From Thermoplasmatota archaeon (GTDB lineage: Archaea > Thermoplasmatota > Thermoplasmata > SG8-5 > JACRNV01), in the NCBI GenBank assembly GCA_040753455.1, contig JBFMEL010000002.1, positions 1 to 37,311 of the forward strand: a stretch of 37,311 nt of DNA. The letters run 5' to 3'. Shown in pieces: positions 15,817-24,586 of the stretch (within the stretch, counting starts at the first letter, position 1; every line of letters begins with the position of its first letter). Both the position numbers and the translations under genes were made by a program. The notes under the pieces were generated by a model, which was given only the letters and a program-made list of their open reading frames with translations, made no database searches and was not told the origin of the DNA.

Positions 15817-16557
15817 TCATTCGGGTTTCTGCCTTTCCTTCTTTCGTATCAGAGCATGGAGAGCATTCCGGCGCCTTCGGTTGTAGAATTCGATTTTGAT
15901 GTCGTATTCGTCGTGGCTGATGGTTTTTATCCTTTCACATGCATCGAGTACCTTTGACACGTTGTTATCCTTCAATGCGAAAATGGCTACCTCAGGCACG
16001 CGGCGTATGAAGCGCTCCCGAACATCAATAAGTATCTCTTCAATCGTGGTTTTATTAATCACCCAGATGGCGTATGGACAGAACCGCAGTATGCTGTTGA
16101 CGAACGCCTGGAATTGAACTCCCGCCTCTCGGGATTTGTCTTCCTTGATAATCTCCCTGAAATAGGCATAAAGGTAGTCGAAGCCATCGATGTTACCGGG
16201 CAAGCCGGCTGGAAGAGGGCTGCTAACGATGTTGTAGAGCTTCGTTAGTGGATATCCAAACCCTTCAATGAAATCTTCGTACATCTTTTGGGCTTTCTTT
16301 GGATTGGTCTGATCCAGGTACTTAATACAAAGCGCCACCCTAAGGGCGCCTAGCGTTTTAGAATCTAAGTATGGCTGCATCTCTTTGAGCTTCGCTTTTA
16401 TCTCCTTTGGCAACTTGGTGAGCTCTATTTCATTCTGGGTGATATCCGTCCGTGAGATGATGCCATTCCTGGCAATGAATGATGCAAGCCTCTCCTTGAA
16501 ACTCTTCTTGTAGGGCGTTATCTCGATGGGTTTTTTGTCAGATGGCATGACTGTCAA
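15817..16557 (-). CDS. Hypothetical protein (246 aa), no recognisable family
   Basis: A clean ORF that is visibly lower in GC than its surroundings. It overlaps the upstream 80-aa gene by 4 nt. I found no catalytic motif. Confidence 0.55.
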   Translation of the reverse strand: MTVMPSDKKPIEITPYKKSFKERLASFIARNGIISRTDITQNEIELTKLPKEIKAKLKEMQPYLDSKTLGALRVALCIKYLDQTNPKKAQKMYEDFIEGFGYPLTKLYNIVSSPLPAGLPGNIDGFDYLYAYFREIIKEDKSREAGVQFQAFVNSILRFCPYAIWVINKTTIEEILIDVRERFIRRVPEVAIFALKDNNVSKVLDACERIKTISHDEYDIKIEFYNRRRRNALHALIRKKERQKPE

Positions 16558-16796
16558 GCGTCGATTTTGTTAAGGTGTACGGCGAAGCAAGTTGGGTTGT
16601 CGCAGTAGAACTCCAGCGACCCCTTGACGACGTTGCCCAGGGTGTCCTTGGATACTATCTTGCCACAGCCGGGGCATACGGCGGGGCTCTTGTCAACGAG
16701 TATGGTGCCCTCTGCGTTGACCTCCGCTCCGACCCCCTCGATAATCTCTACCGCCTGGTCTTTCTTGAACGTTACGAACTTCAGCGCATCACCCAT
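16554..16796 (-). CDS. Small zinc-ribbon protein (80 aa), hypothetical
   Basis: CPGCGKIV-x-...-YCDNPTC forms a Cx2C...Cx4C pattern. It is translationally coupled (4-nt overlap) to the 246-aa ORF. Confidence 0.5.
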   Translation of the reverse strand: MGDALKFVTFKKDQAVEIIEGVGAEVNAEGTILVDKSPAVCPGCGKIVSKDTLGNVVKGSLEFYCDNPTCFAVHLNKIDA

Positions 16797-17300
16797 AGCG
16801 CATCCCCTTGCCTATCTCCCGGCCCTCCAACCAGGCCGTCCTCCTGCTTCATAGCATCCACCGTCTGTTATGCAGGTTGCATATAGACAATCCTGTACTT
16901 AAGCGTTGCCCCGGTGTTGTCGCCGCTGTACGATCAGGGGCCCTCGTGAGCACTTGCGCTAGGGGCGTAGTCCCCGGGGATTATAGCATCACCTGTAAAT
17001 ACAAATGCCATGAGGGTCCTCATTATCTGCCTGATCTTTCTACACATCGTTGCGCGCTGGTCATCTGCTCACGATGTGGGTTGATGATACAATGGAGCTC
17101 TCGAAATCCCATTGCAGAGGTTTACTCCTCACCTGCGTTATGAGCACAGTATTCGCATATGTTGCCGAGGGTCGGCTGGGAGGTCATTCCCTTGACGCCC
17201 ACCCAGGAAGGGCAGCGTCCATGCTCGTAGGGCTGCATGCCCAGCTTGCAACTCATGGTATCCGATGGGTGATGGCGCCGTGGTATATGAACATTGACAC

Positions 17301-19115
17301 TCACATCATTCCATTCTCCTTTGCCAGGCGCTCGGCTTCGATCACCATCTGCTCGATCTGATCCATCCCTCCCTCCCAGAACTTCGGGTCTGAGATATCG
17401 AGACCGAGGCGCGCCACCAGCTCTTTGGGGGAGGCAGAGCCCCCTGCCCCGAGGAGTGCTATGTATTTGTCCACGAACCCGCTGCCCTCCTTCTGGTATT
17501 GCGCATACAGTGCTAACACCAGCAGCTCCCCGAAGGCATAGGCATAGGTGTAGAAGTGATAGTGGAAGAAGTGCAGGACGTATATCCACCACCAGGCATA
17601 TTCCTCTGTCATGACCACCGAGCCATTGAACATTCTCTGATTCTCCTCTTTCCACATCTGGTTGATCGCCTCTGTGCCCTGCTCCCCTTTGGTTCTTCGG
17701 GCTTCGTGCACGCGGCGCTCGAACTGCGTCATCATCACCTGTCTGAACACAGTGGCAAAGGTGTCCTCGATCTTGCTGCAGAGGAGCGCGAGCTTCACCC
17801 TGGGATCCATCTGCTCTGCCAGCAGTTTGTGGAAGACGAGCATCTCCCCGAAGACGCTGGCGGTCTCTGCGGTGGTGAGCGAGGTGTGCATCTGCAGGAA
17901 GCCCTGCTTCCTTGCCAGGTACTGGTGGATGCCGTGTCCGAGCTCGTGAGCCATCGTCATCACGTCTCTAATGTTGTCCGTGTGGTTCAGCTTGATGTAA
18001 GGGTGGAGATCAGGGGTGGTGGAGGCACTGAACGCCCCTCCTTCCTTCCCAGGGCGGATCTCGGCATCGATCCAGTGCTTTTCAAAGAACTCCGCAGCCA
18101 CTGCGTGCATCTTAGGCGAGAACGCAAGGTACGTGTCGAGCACGATCCTCTTGGACGCTAGATAATCACAGGTCGGCATTGTGATACCGACCGGGGCATA
18201 CCTGTCGTAGTCGTACAGCACCCTGAGCCGCAGCAGTCGGCGCTTGAGCGCGTAGTATCGTGCTACTAGGTCCATCTTACTGTTCACGACCCTCAGCAGT
18301 GTCTCGACCACCTCATCCTCCACCTCGTTGGTGAGGTTGCGCTCGCTCATCATGTCAGGATATTTTCGCAGGCGATCCTCCATTGCATGGTCCTGGACGA
18401 TGATGTTCAGGATGTATGTGATGCTTCTAGCGTTTTCTTTCATCCCCTTCGTCACCGCTTTCCACGCAGCGCGGCGCTTCTTCCTGTCTGGATCATACAG
18501 AAGAGCGAGCGCGGCATCCAGGGGGACAGCCTTCTTCTTGCCCTCCATCCTCAGCTCGTACTGTGTGCGGTTCAGCACCTCGTCGAAGAGGCGCACGAAC
18601 GCCTTCTTGCCTGTGTTAGCCATCACTTCCAGCATCTGCTCCTCCGGCTCGCTCAGCTTGTGAGGCTTGAACCTGCGCTCTGCTTCCAAGTAGTGGCGGT
18701 AGTGAGCGAGGAGATCTGACTCGATCGATCTCCGGGCTTTCTCGTCGTCGAGAGCGCACCACTCAAGCTCGAAGAAGAGCAGGTGTTTCCTGAGTTCTGA
18801 GAACTGCTCCTGCGCTCTTGCAAGGAGGGCTCCATGCTCCTGCCTGCTGGTGTCAGAGGCGAAGAGGAGCTCGGCATAGATGAGGGGCTTGTATCCTCTG
18901 ATATATGTATCTTCGTATTCCTGGAGAGCGCCGAGCATCTCCTCGGGACTCAGCCCTGCGATTATTCGCCCCTTGTACCTTGCCTTGAACCCCTGGGCAT
19001 CTGCGAGTGCTCCCTTCATCTCCGCATCCAACCTGGGATCGTCGTAGCCCTCGAAAAGGTCCTCTAACCTCCATCTCACGCCGTCCGCGCTGCTGCGCTT
19101 CTCGATCATCTGCAT
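17301..19115 (-). CDS. pepF: Oligoendopeptidase F (M3B metallopeptidase)
   Basis: The HELGHGIH zinc motif and overall PepF-like length are present. The ORF extends to 19214, but ATG 19115 (MQMIEKRSS...) is the more likely start. Confidence 0.85.
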   Translation of the reverse strand: MQMIEKRSSADGVRWRLEDLFEGYDDPRLDAEMKGALADAQGFKARYKGRIIAGLSPEEMLGALQEYEDTYIRGYKPLIYAELLFASDTSRQEHGALLARAQEQFSELRKHLLFFELEWCALDDEKARRSIESDLLAHYRHYLEAERRFKPHKLSEPEEQMLEVMANTGKKAFVRLFDEVLNRTQYELRMEGKKKAVPLDAALALLYDPDRKKRRAAWKAVTKGMKENARSITYILNIIVQDHAMEDRLRKYPDMMSERNLTNEVEDEVVETLLRVVNSKMDLVARYYALKRRLLRLRVLYDYDRYAPVGITMPTCDYLASKRIVLDTYLAFSPKMHAVAAEFFEKHWIDAEIRPGKEGGAFSASTTPDLHPYIKLNHTDNIRDVMTMAHELGHGIHQYLARKQGFLQMHTSLTTAETASVFGEMLVFHKLLAEQMDPRVKLALLCSKIEDTFATVFRQVMMTQFERRVHEARRTKGEQGTEAINQMWKEENQRMFNGSVVMTEEYAWWWIYVLHFFHYHFYTYAYAFGELLVLALYAQYQKEGSGFVDKYIALLGAGGSASPKELVARLGLDISDPKFWEGGMDQIEQMVIEAERLAKENGMM

Positions 19116-19218
19116 CGCCTGAGGGTAAGCTATTGCCCTATTTCTCCTTTTGCTGTGCGCTATTCTCCTAAAGGTGTAGGCGCTTCCCACACTGCCCAAA
19201 CTGTGTATCGGCAACCGC

Positions 19219-19929
19219 TCATCTCAGGAAGGACAGCGGGTTCGTGTCCAGCCTCACCACCGCCCTCTCTGCGCCCTGATCCACCTCCACGAAGAGCAGC
19301 CCTTTCTTTCTGCGTCTCATCACGGGCATCACGCCGTCCCTGCGCAGGAGTGACAGCATGCTCTGTTTAAACCCATCAGCCCTCTCTGCGTAGAAGCGGA
19401 TCATCGCCTCCAGTTCCATGGACTGGGTGTAATATGTTTCCCCGCGAGCTCGCTGTGCCTCCACGAATCCATGGGCTTCCAGGCGCCTCATCACGAGGGC
19501 TGCCGCCTGCTGTGATATTTTCATCTCTTGGATGGCTGCACTCTGCCTTACCTTGCCAACCCTCACCACCATGAGGAGCGCCTGTCTTGCCTTCTCCTCT
19601 GCTAACAGCGCGAACCGCTCGCGGTCCGATGGAGCGATCATCTCCAGCACGAAGTAGCGCTGCGAGCGCCCGTATGCGAAGCTGTTGAGATACTCCATCT
19701 CCCCAAGGAGGCGCAGGTGCCGTGCAGCAGACGGTGCGCTCAACCCCACTGCCCTGCCTGTCACGCGCTGGGAGCTGCAGGGGCGCATGGTGAGATGAGA
19801 AAATATCTCCATTCTATCTCTGGACATGAGCAGCGATCTTTTCCCCTCTCCCCTGGTCACAGCCCTCTTGAAGAGATGGTCATGTCCAAACGCTGTCCTG
19901 AGCGCAGTGCCGAGGGTTCTTTTCTTCAT
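19219..19929 (-). CDS. Double winged-helix (ArsR/MarR-like) DNA-binding protein
   Basis: There are two wHTH-like units: RMEIFSHLTMRPCSSQRVTGRAVGLSAPSAARHLRLLGEMEYL and RQSAAIQEMKISQQAAALVMRRLEAHGFV. Its ATG overlaps the GTPase stop (ATGA). Confidence 0.6.
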   Translation of the reverse strand: MKKRTLGTALRTAFGHDHLFKRAVTRGEGKRSLLMSRDRMEIFSHLTMRPCSSQRVTGRAVGLSAPSAARHLRLLGEMEYLNSFAYGRSQRYFVLEMIAPSDRERFALLAEEKARQALLMVVRVGKVRQSAAIQEMKISQQAAALVMRRLEAHGFVEAQRARGETYYTQSMELEAMIRFYAERADGFKQSMLSLLRRDGVMPVMRRRKKGLLFVEVDQGAERAVVRLDTNPLSFLR

Positions 19930-20510
19930 TCCACTACCCTTCGTCCGATCTCCTCGAAGGCTTGCTCGACATTCAGCCCTGTCTTGGCGCTGGTGAGGTA
20001 GTAGGGCATGCCGAGCCTGCGCGAGATCTTGTCTATGGCATCCTCCCCGAAATCGTACTGCTCCACGAGATCAGCCTTGTTCACCACCAGCACCATTGGA
20101 ATCTCCCCTGCCTCCTCCTTCATCGCCTCGACCCAGCTGCGCAGGCTCAGCATCGTGGATTCCCTCGTGAAGTCGCAGACCACCAGTGCCCCTGAGGCTC
20201 CTTGATAATACAATCTGTGAACGCTCTCGAACCTCACCTGTCCTGCGATATCATGGATCATCATCGTCAGGTGCACGGGCGTGCCCTCCCTCTTTCTGGT
20301 CTCGAGCACCTTCTTCGTCACCTTCGCGCCTATGGTCTCCAGGTACTTGTCCCGAAAATCATCGTACACGTACCTGCGGATGAGCGAGGTCTTGCCCACT
20401 GCTCCATCGCCCACCATACAGACCTTTTTGATGATGCCGCGCATGCGCCTCGATCGCCGATATGCGAGATCCATATATAAATTCCAGGGTTCACTGCGCC
20501 ATGAGGTCAC
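19926..20510 (-). CDS. Ras-superfamily small GTPase (Rab/Ras-like)
   Basis: All five G boxes are present: G1 GDGAVGKTS, switch I Thr in YLETIGAKV, G3 DIAGQ, G4 NKAD, G5 TSAK. It also has the Rab-like YYQGASGALVVCD. There is no C-terminal Cys for lipidation. The longest ORF starts at GTG 20510 (GTGA overlap with the upstream gene). ATG alternatives are at 20474 and 20444; the latter has GAGG upstream and gives MRGIIKKVCMVGDG. Confidence 0.85.
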   Translation of the reverse strand: MTSWRSEPWNLYMDLAYRRSRRMRGIIKKVCMVGDGAVGKTSLIRRYVYDDFRDKYLETIGAKVTKKVLETRKREGTPVHLTMMIHDIAGQVRFESVHRLYYQGASGALVVCDFTRESTMLSLRSWVEAMKEEAGEIPMVLVVNKADLVEQYDFGEDAIDKISRRLGMPYYLTSAKTGLNVEQAFEEIGRRVVE

Positions 20511-21664
20511 AGGAGCCTTTTCTCCCCTTCGATCCTCTTGATCTCAGTGATGTCCTGTGTCACCTCTAAGCAGCCGATGTACTCGCCCTTCCTGCGCACC
20601 GCGAAGTACCTGATATGTATCAGCCGTCCCTTCATCTCCAGCCAGAACTCAGCGACATCGCGCTTGCCGCTCCTGAACTCCCCCAGTATCTGATTCACCA
20701 GATGCACGCTCTTCTGCGGATGACAGTTCTGGACCTTGCGTCCTATCACGGCTTTGGTCCTGGGAAAGATCCGCTCCTTGGACTGGTTGAAGTACCTCAC
20801 CGTGTCCTCGCTGTCCACGAAGGTGATGTCCACAGGCAGGGTATCGAGCAGCGCCTCCACCTCTTCCTTTGAAAGGGCACCGGTTTCCATCCGCACCGCC
20901 CCTTCCTGAGCAGCATCACCCCTTTCCTTTTCATACCTGGGCTGCTCGGGTGTGAAGCAGCAGTATCCGATCTCATCGAACCCTTCTCTGATCTCCCTCC
21001 ATTCATGTGCTGGGATGACCTGCAGCGCCGTTGGGAAGAGGATCTTGTTCTCCTTCGTGAAGTGGCTCGAGAGGCTCTCTGACAGGCTGATGGCAATCTC
21101 CCGCAGCGTTTTCGAGATCTCGCTTCGTGCCCTTTGCTCCCCGACCAGCTGATACAAGGACTTCTTCACCAGCCGTATGCTGTCGTGCTCCATCCACATG
21201 ATCTTTGGGGGCTGCGTCACCCCATGCCTCTCCAGGTATGGGAAGAGCACGTTCTCCTCGCGCAGGTAATGGCTCTCAGATTCCTTGAAATGTTCCACTA
21301 TGTGGGCGAGGTGATCCGCGTCATAGTCCTCCCCTTTTGCGAGCTCCTGGAGCTTGGCTGCGAACTCCAGCATGATCCTGTGCTCCTCCATAAGGGTGTG
21401 AACTGGGTGTCCTGGGGGAGCCAGTGCTGTCTCCTTTTCGAGCGCCTCCTTGAACAGCGATAGATGAACGTCGCACAGGCTGCGAATCTCCTCCGCAGGC
21501 AGCCCTTCATTGATCAGCTCCTCCTCGATCCTTGCTATGTCCGCAGGGGTGGCGTCCTTCACCACCTCCTTGAACTCTGCCTTCACCTTCTCGATGCTGG
21601 CACCCTCGTGCAGCATCCTAATCATCCTCTTCATCGCCTCTTTCTTATCAGGCATGCCGCTCAT
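20507..21664 (-). CDS. DUF438 / hemerythrin-like / PAS-domain sensor protein
   Basis: The N-terminus LHEGASIEKVKAEFKEVVKDATPADIARIEEELINEG is DUF438-like. The central H/E-rich helices (LMEEHRIMLEF, HYLREENVLFPYLERHG, MWMEHD) are hemerythrin-like. The C-terminus ITFVDSEDTVRYFN...RKVQNCHP is PAS-like. Confidence 0.7.
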   Translation of the reverse strand: MSGMPDKKEAMKRMIRMLHEGASIEKVKAEFKEVVKDATPADIARIEEELINEGLPAEEIRSLCDVHLSLFKEALEKETALAPPGHPVHTLMEEHRIMLEFAAKLQELAKGEDYDADHLAHIVEHFKESESHYLREENVLFPYLERHGVTQPPKIMWMEHDSIRLVKKSLYQLVGEQRARSEISKTLREIAISLSESLSSHFTKENKILFPTALQVIPAHEWREIREGFDEIGYCCFTPEQPRYEKERGDAAQEGAVRMETGALSKEEVEALLDTLPVDITFVDSEDTVRYFNQSKERIFPRTKAVIGRKVQNCHPQKSVHLVNQILGEFRSGKRDVAEFWLEMKGRLIHIRYFAVRRKGEYIGCLEVTQDITEIKRIEGEKRLL

Positions 21665-21717
21665 TCTGCGACCTCCATGTTGTGAGGTATTCTATCCCCC
21701 CATATATCTCTTTCACC

Positions 21718-22776
21718 TCACAATCTTAGGGTGCGCAGGAATCCGCGCATGACCTCAGCAGTCAGTTGAATGGAATGGATCTCCACGTGCTCCTCATCTG
21801 TGTGCCATCCACCGCCCTTTGGACCATAGATGAGGGTTGGCATCCTTGCACCCAGGGCGTTGTAGTCCCCCACGGACGCGGCATAGCCCTCCTCAGCGCC
21901 CGACAGCGTTAAAAACCGCTTCACGAGCGCGCTCTTACTCGTGATATACGCTTCAAGGAACGGTGTGGGGCGCGGCATCCATCTGAGTGCGTAGCGCAAT
22001 CCAGCGCCTGAGAGGCACTGCTGCACCTCCTTCCATACATCCTCCTTCGATTCTCCAGGTACCACGTGCCTATCGAGCCTGATCATGCACTCGCCTGGGA
22101 CGGTCAGGCTATCACCACCACCCTCGATCTTCAGTATGCATTTCGAGCCTTCGCCCAGCAGCCTGTGCCTCCTCGGCTTCAAACCCCTGAGCCTTTCGAT
22201 AACTCTTCCAGCCTCCTCGATCGCATTGATCCCTTCCTCGGGTCTGGCTCCATGCGCGGCCCTGCCATGAACCACGATCTCGAGCACGTACCTTCCCCTG
22301 GCACCCAAGAGGGCTTTTGCGCCTGTGGGCTCCAGGACGATGCAGAGGTCATGTCTGGGATCGTCCTCCAAGTACCTGAACACACCCCTGCATTGCCCCT
22401 CCTCGTCCGCAGTGGCAAGGAAGGCGATCGGGAGCGCATCTACATGCTCATTGTAGAGCGCGATAGCGCATGCCAGCCCTGCCTTCATGTCCGCAGCCCC
22501 CAGACCATGGAGGCGATCGTGCACCACCAGCGGCGTGAACGGGTCGCGCTCGCAACCCTGGGTAGGCGGCACGGTGTCCATGTGCCCGCATAAGAGCAAG
22601 CCCGCTCGCTCGCTCCATCCTCTGGCGAGCACGTTGGGACCTGCACCTTCCACATGCTGCATCTCCACACTCCCCTTGAGCTTCGAGGCGATGAACTCTG
22701 CTATTTCATCCTCGTGACCGCATATGCTTGGGATCTGGATGAGGCGCTTGGTCAGCTCAAGGAGGTCCGTGGGCAT
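21718..22776 (-). CDS. M20-family metallopeptidase (ArgE/DapE/LysK-like deacylase)
   Basis: LLCGHMDTVPP, GAADMKAGLA and ATADEE are typical M20 metal-ligand motifs. It overlaps the upstream synthase gene by 20 nt. Confidence 0.75.
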   Translation of the reverse strand: MPTDLLELTKRLIQIPSICGHEDEIAEFIASKLKGSVEMQHVEGAGPNVLARGWSERAGLLLCGHMDTVPPTQGCERDPFTPLVVHDRLHGLGAADMKAGLACAIALYNEHVDALPIAFLATADEEGQCRGVFRYLEDDPRHDLCIVLEPTGAKALLGARGRYVLEIVVHGRAAHGARPEEGINAIEEAGRVIERLRGLKPRRHRLLGEGSKCILKIEGGGDSLTVPGECMIRLDRHVVPGESKEDVWKEVQQCLSGAGLRYALRWMPRPTPFLEAYITSKSALVKRFLTLSGAEEGYAASVGDYNALGARMPTLIYGPKGGGWHTDEEHVEIHSIQLTAEVMRGFLRTLRL

Positions 22777-23944
22777 TGCGCACCCTCTCTATGATCTGCC
22801 AGAACTCCCTCTCGCTCACGGAGCCGTTCTCCTCGCCCAGCGCCTTGATCTCTGAGAGGACAGCATCCATCTCCTGGGTGGGAAGAGAGAGCCCATGCTC
22901 CTCTATCTGCCGGAGCACCAGCGCGCGCCCCGTGTGCTTCCCCATGAGGAGCCTTCGCCTGTTGCCCACTATCCCCGGGGCGACCGGTTCATAGGTGAGC
23001 GGGCAGCGCAGCACCGCCCCCACGTGTATCCCTGATTCATGGGCAAAGGCGTTCTCCCCCACCAGGGGCTTCGTGGGCGGCACAGGTATCCTGGAGATCC
23101 TGGATACAAGCTCGGAGAGGGCGCACATCTTCGAAAGCTCTATGCCATGCACAGCGCCCATCACGAAGGAGGAGGCAAAGGCGAATTCTGCCAATGAGAG
23201 GTTGCCAGCGCGCTCCCCGATGCCGTTCACGGTCGTGGCGAACGCGGTCGCGCCAGCTCCGAGGGCATTGAGGGCGTTGGCGAGTGCAAGCCCAAGGTCG
23301 TTATGCAGGTGCACTGAGATCGGCTTCGAGGTGCATCGCCGCACCTCACTGACAAGATAGGCAACAGCCTCAGGGGTGGCGCAGCCCACGGTGTCTGTGA
23401 GCCCTATCCGCTCCGCGCCCAAACCATCTGCCACCTTAGCGAGCTCGATGAGCAGGTCCAGCCGGCTGCGGGTGCTGTCCTCGGTGCTGAAGCTGTACCT
23501 CACCCCACGCTCCCTCGCGTATTCCATAGCCTCCACAGAGCGCTGGATCACCTCCTCCCTGCTCCAGCCGTACTTGTGCTTCATGTGAAGATCCGATGTG
23601 GCTACGAACAGCAGCGCCATATCCACGTCGCAGTCTGCGCATCTATCTACGTCCTCCATGCACACCCTGCAGAGCGCCAGCACCTTAGCGCCAGTTCTCA
23701 TCCCTGCGATCGTCTTGACTGCGCTCGCCTCGCGCTCGGACACAGCAGGAAACCCTGCCTCGATCTCCGGGAGACCAGCATCGCACAGCGCCTGGGCGAT
23801 CTTCACCTTGTCTTCCAGGGAGAAGGAGAGCCCGGGCATCTGCTCCCCATCGCGCAGCGTGGTGTCGTATACCGTGATCCTCTGCCCTTTCTGGCGATCC
23901 CCGATGGAGAGGGTGTTGTACGGACTGAGGCATGCATCCTGCAC
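22757..23944 (-). CDS. Homocitrate/2-isopropylmalate/citramalate synthase family enzyme (short form without LeuA regulatory domain)
   Basis: ITVYDTTLRDGEQ and HLHNDLGLALANAL are HMGL-like signatures. The ORF extends to ATG 24076, but that start would overlap the TPR gene by 88 nt. GTG at 23944 is a plausible start. Confidence 0.8.
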   Translation of the reverse strand: MQDACLSPYNTLSIGDRQKGQRITVYDTTLRDGEQMPGLSFSLEDKVKIAQALCDAGLPEIEAGFPAVSEREASAVKTIAGMRTGAKVLALCRVCMEDVDRCADCDVDMALLFVATSDLHMKHKYGWSREEVIQRSVEAMEYARERGVRYSFSTEDSTRSRLDLLIELAKVADGLGAERIGLTDTVGCATPEAVAYLVSEVRRCTSKPISVHLHNDLGLALANALNALGAGATAFATTVNGIGERAGNLSLAEFAFASSFVMGAVHGIELSKMCALSELVSRISRIPVPPTKPLVGENAFAHESGIHVGAVLRCPLTYEPVAPGIVGNRRRLLMGKHTGRALVLRQIEEHGLSLPTQEMDAVLSEIKALGEENGSVSEREFWQIIERVRNAHGPP

Positions 23945-23988
23945 GAAGGAGCATATCTTGGGAGGTATAAGAGGGATGTGCTCGGTAA

Positions 23989-24480
23989 CTACCCCAGCAT
24001 CTCCTTCGCCTGCTCGGCGCTCGTGTCGATCGCCCTCAGGAGGTACTCCAGGCTCTTGCGCTTGATCATCCTCCATGTGGTCTGGTCCAGGAACTTCTCC
24101 ATCACCACGGGCGCGCGCATGTAGTATCCGATCCCGAACTCCGAGAGATAGAGGGGGGCGTTCTCCTCATCGAGCTCTGTGGCGCGGTTGTAGCACTCCT
24201 CAGCCTCGCTGAACCATCCCATCTCGAGGCAGAAGGAGCCCATGGTGGTCAGGTAAAAGGTGTTCTGAGGGTCCAGCTCCACAGCCTTCTTGTACCATGC
24301 TAGGATATCCTCTGCAGGGGTCCTCGGGATCCCGAGCGCAGCCTCCGCCTTTCCAAAGTATGCCCTCGCTGCGTTGGGATCGCTCTTCAGCGCTTTATCG
24401 AAGCACTGCATCGCGCCTTGGAAGTCCTGCTTGGCCAGCAGTGCCTCGCCCCCCGCCAGCTCCTCCTCGATGCTGTCCAT
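23989..24480 (-). CDS. TPR-repeat protein
   Basis: It contains A..Y..A/G..P-type 34-aa repeats (AMQCFDKALKSDPNAARAYFGKAEA, AWYKKAVELDPQN, AEECYNRATELDEENA). ATG 24480 is chosen because the longer ORF would run into the divergent pyrG start. Confidence 0.7.
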   Translation of the reverse strand: MDSIEEELAGGEALLAKQDFQGAMQCFDKALKSDPNAARAYFGKAEAALGIPRTPAEDILAWYKKAVELDPQNTFYLTTMGSFCLEMGWFSEAEECYNRATELDEENAPLYLSEFGIGYYMRAPVVMEKFLDQTTWRMIKRKSLEYLLRAIDTSAEQAKEMLG

Positions 24481-24586
24481 AGGATCGCACGTGCATGACG
24501 ACCTAAGATTAAAGTTTTCGGCAGGGATGGCTTGAGAATGCGAACCTTTAAGCATGTTGGGCATATTCTCCCATCCCCGTGATGCT

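Noticed and set aside
17122-17655. 177-aa minus-strand ORF overlapping the 3' end of pepF
   Set aside because: Most of it lies out of frame inside pepF and is Arg/Gly-rich shadow sequence. Only its last 44 codons (17122-17256), which are outside pepF, are kept as a low-confidence micro-ORF.
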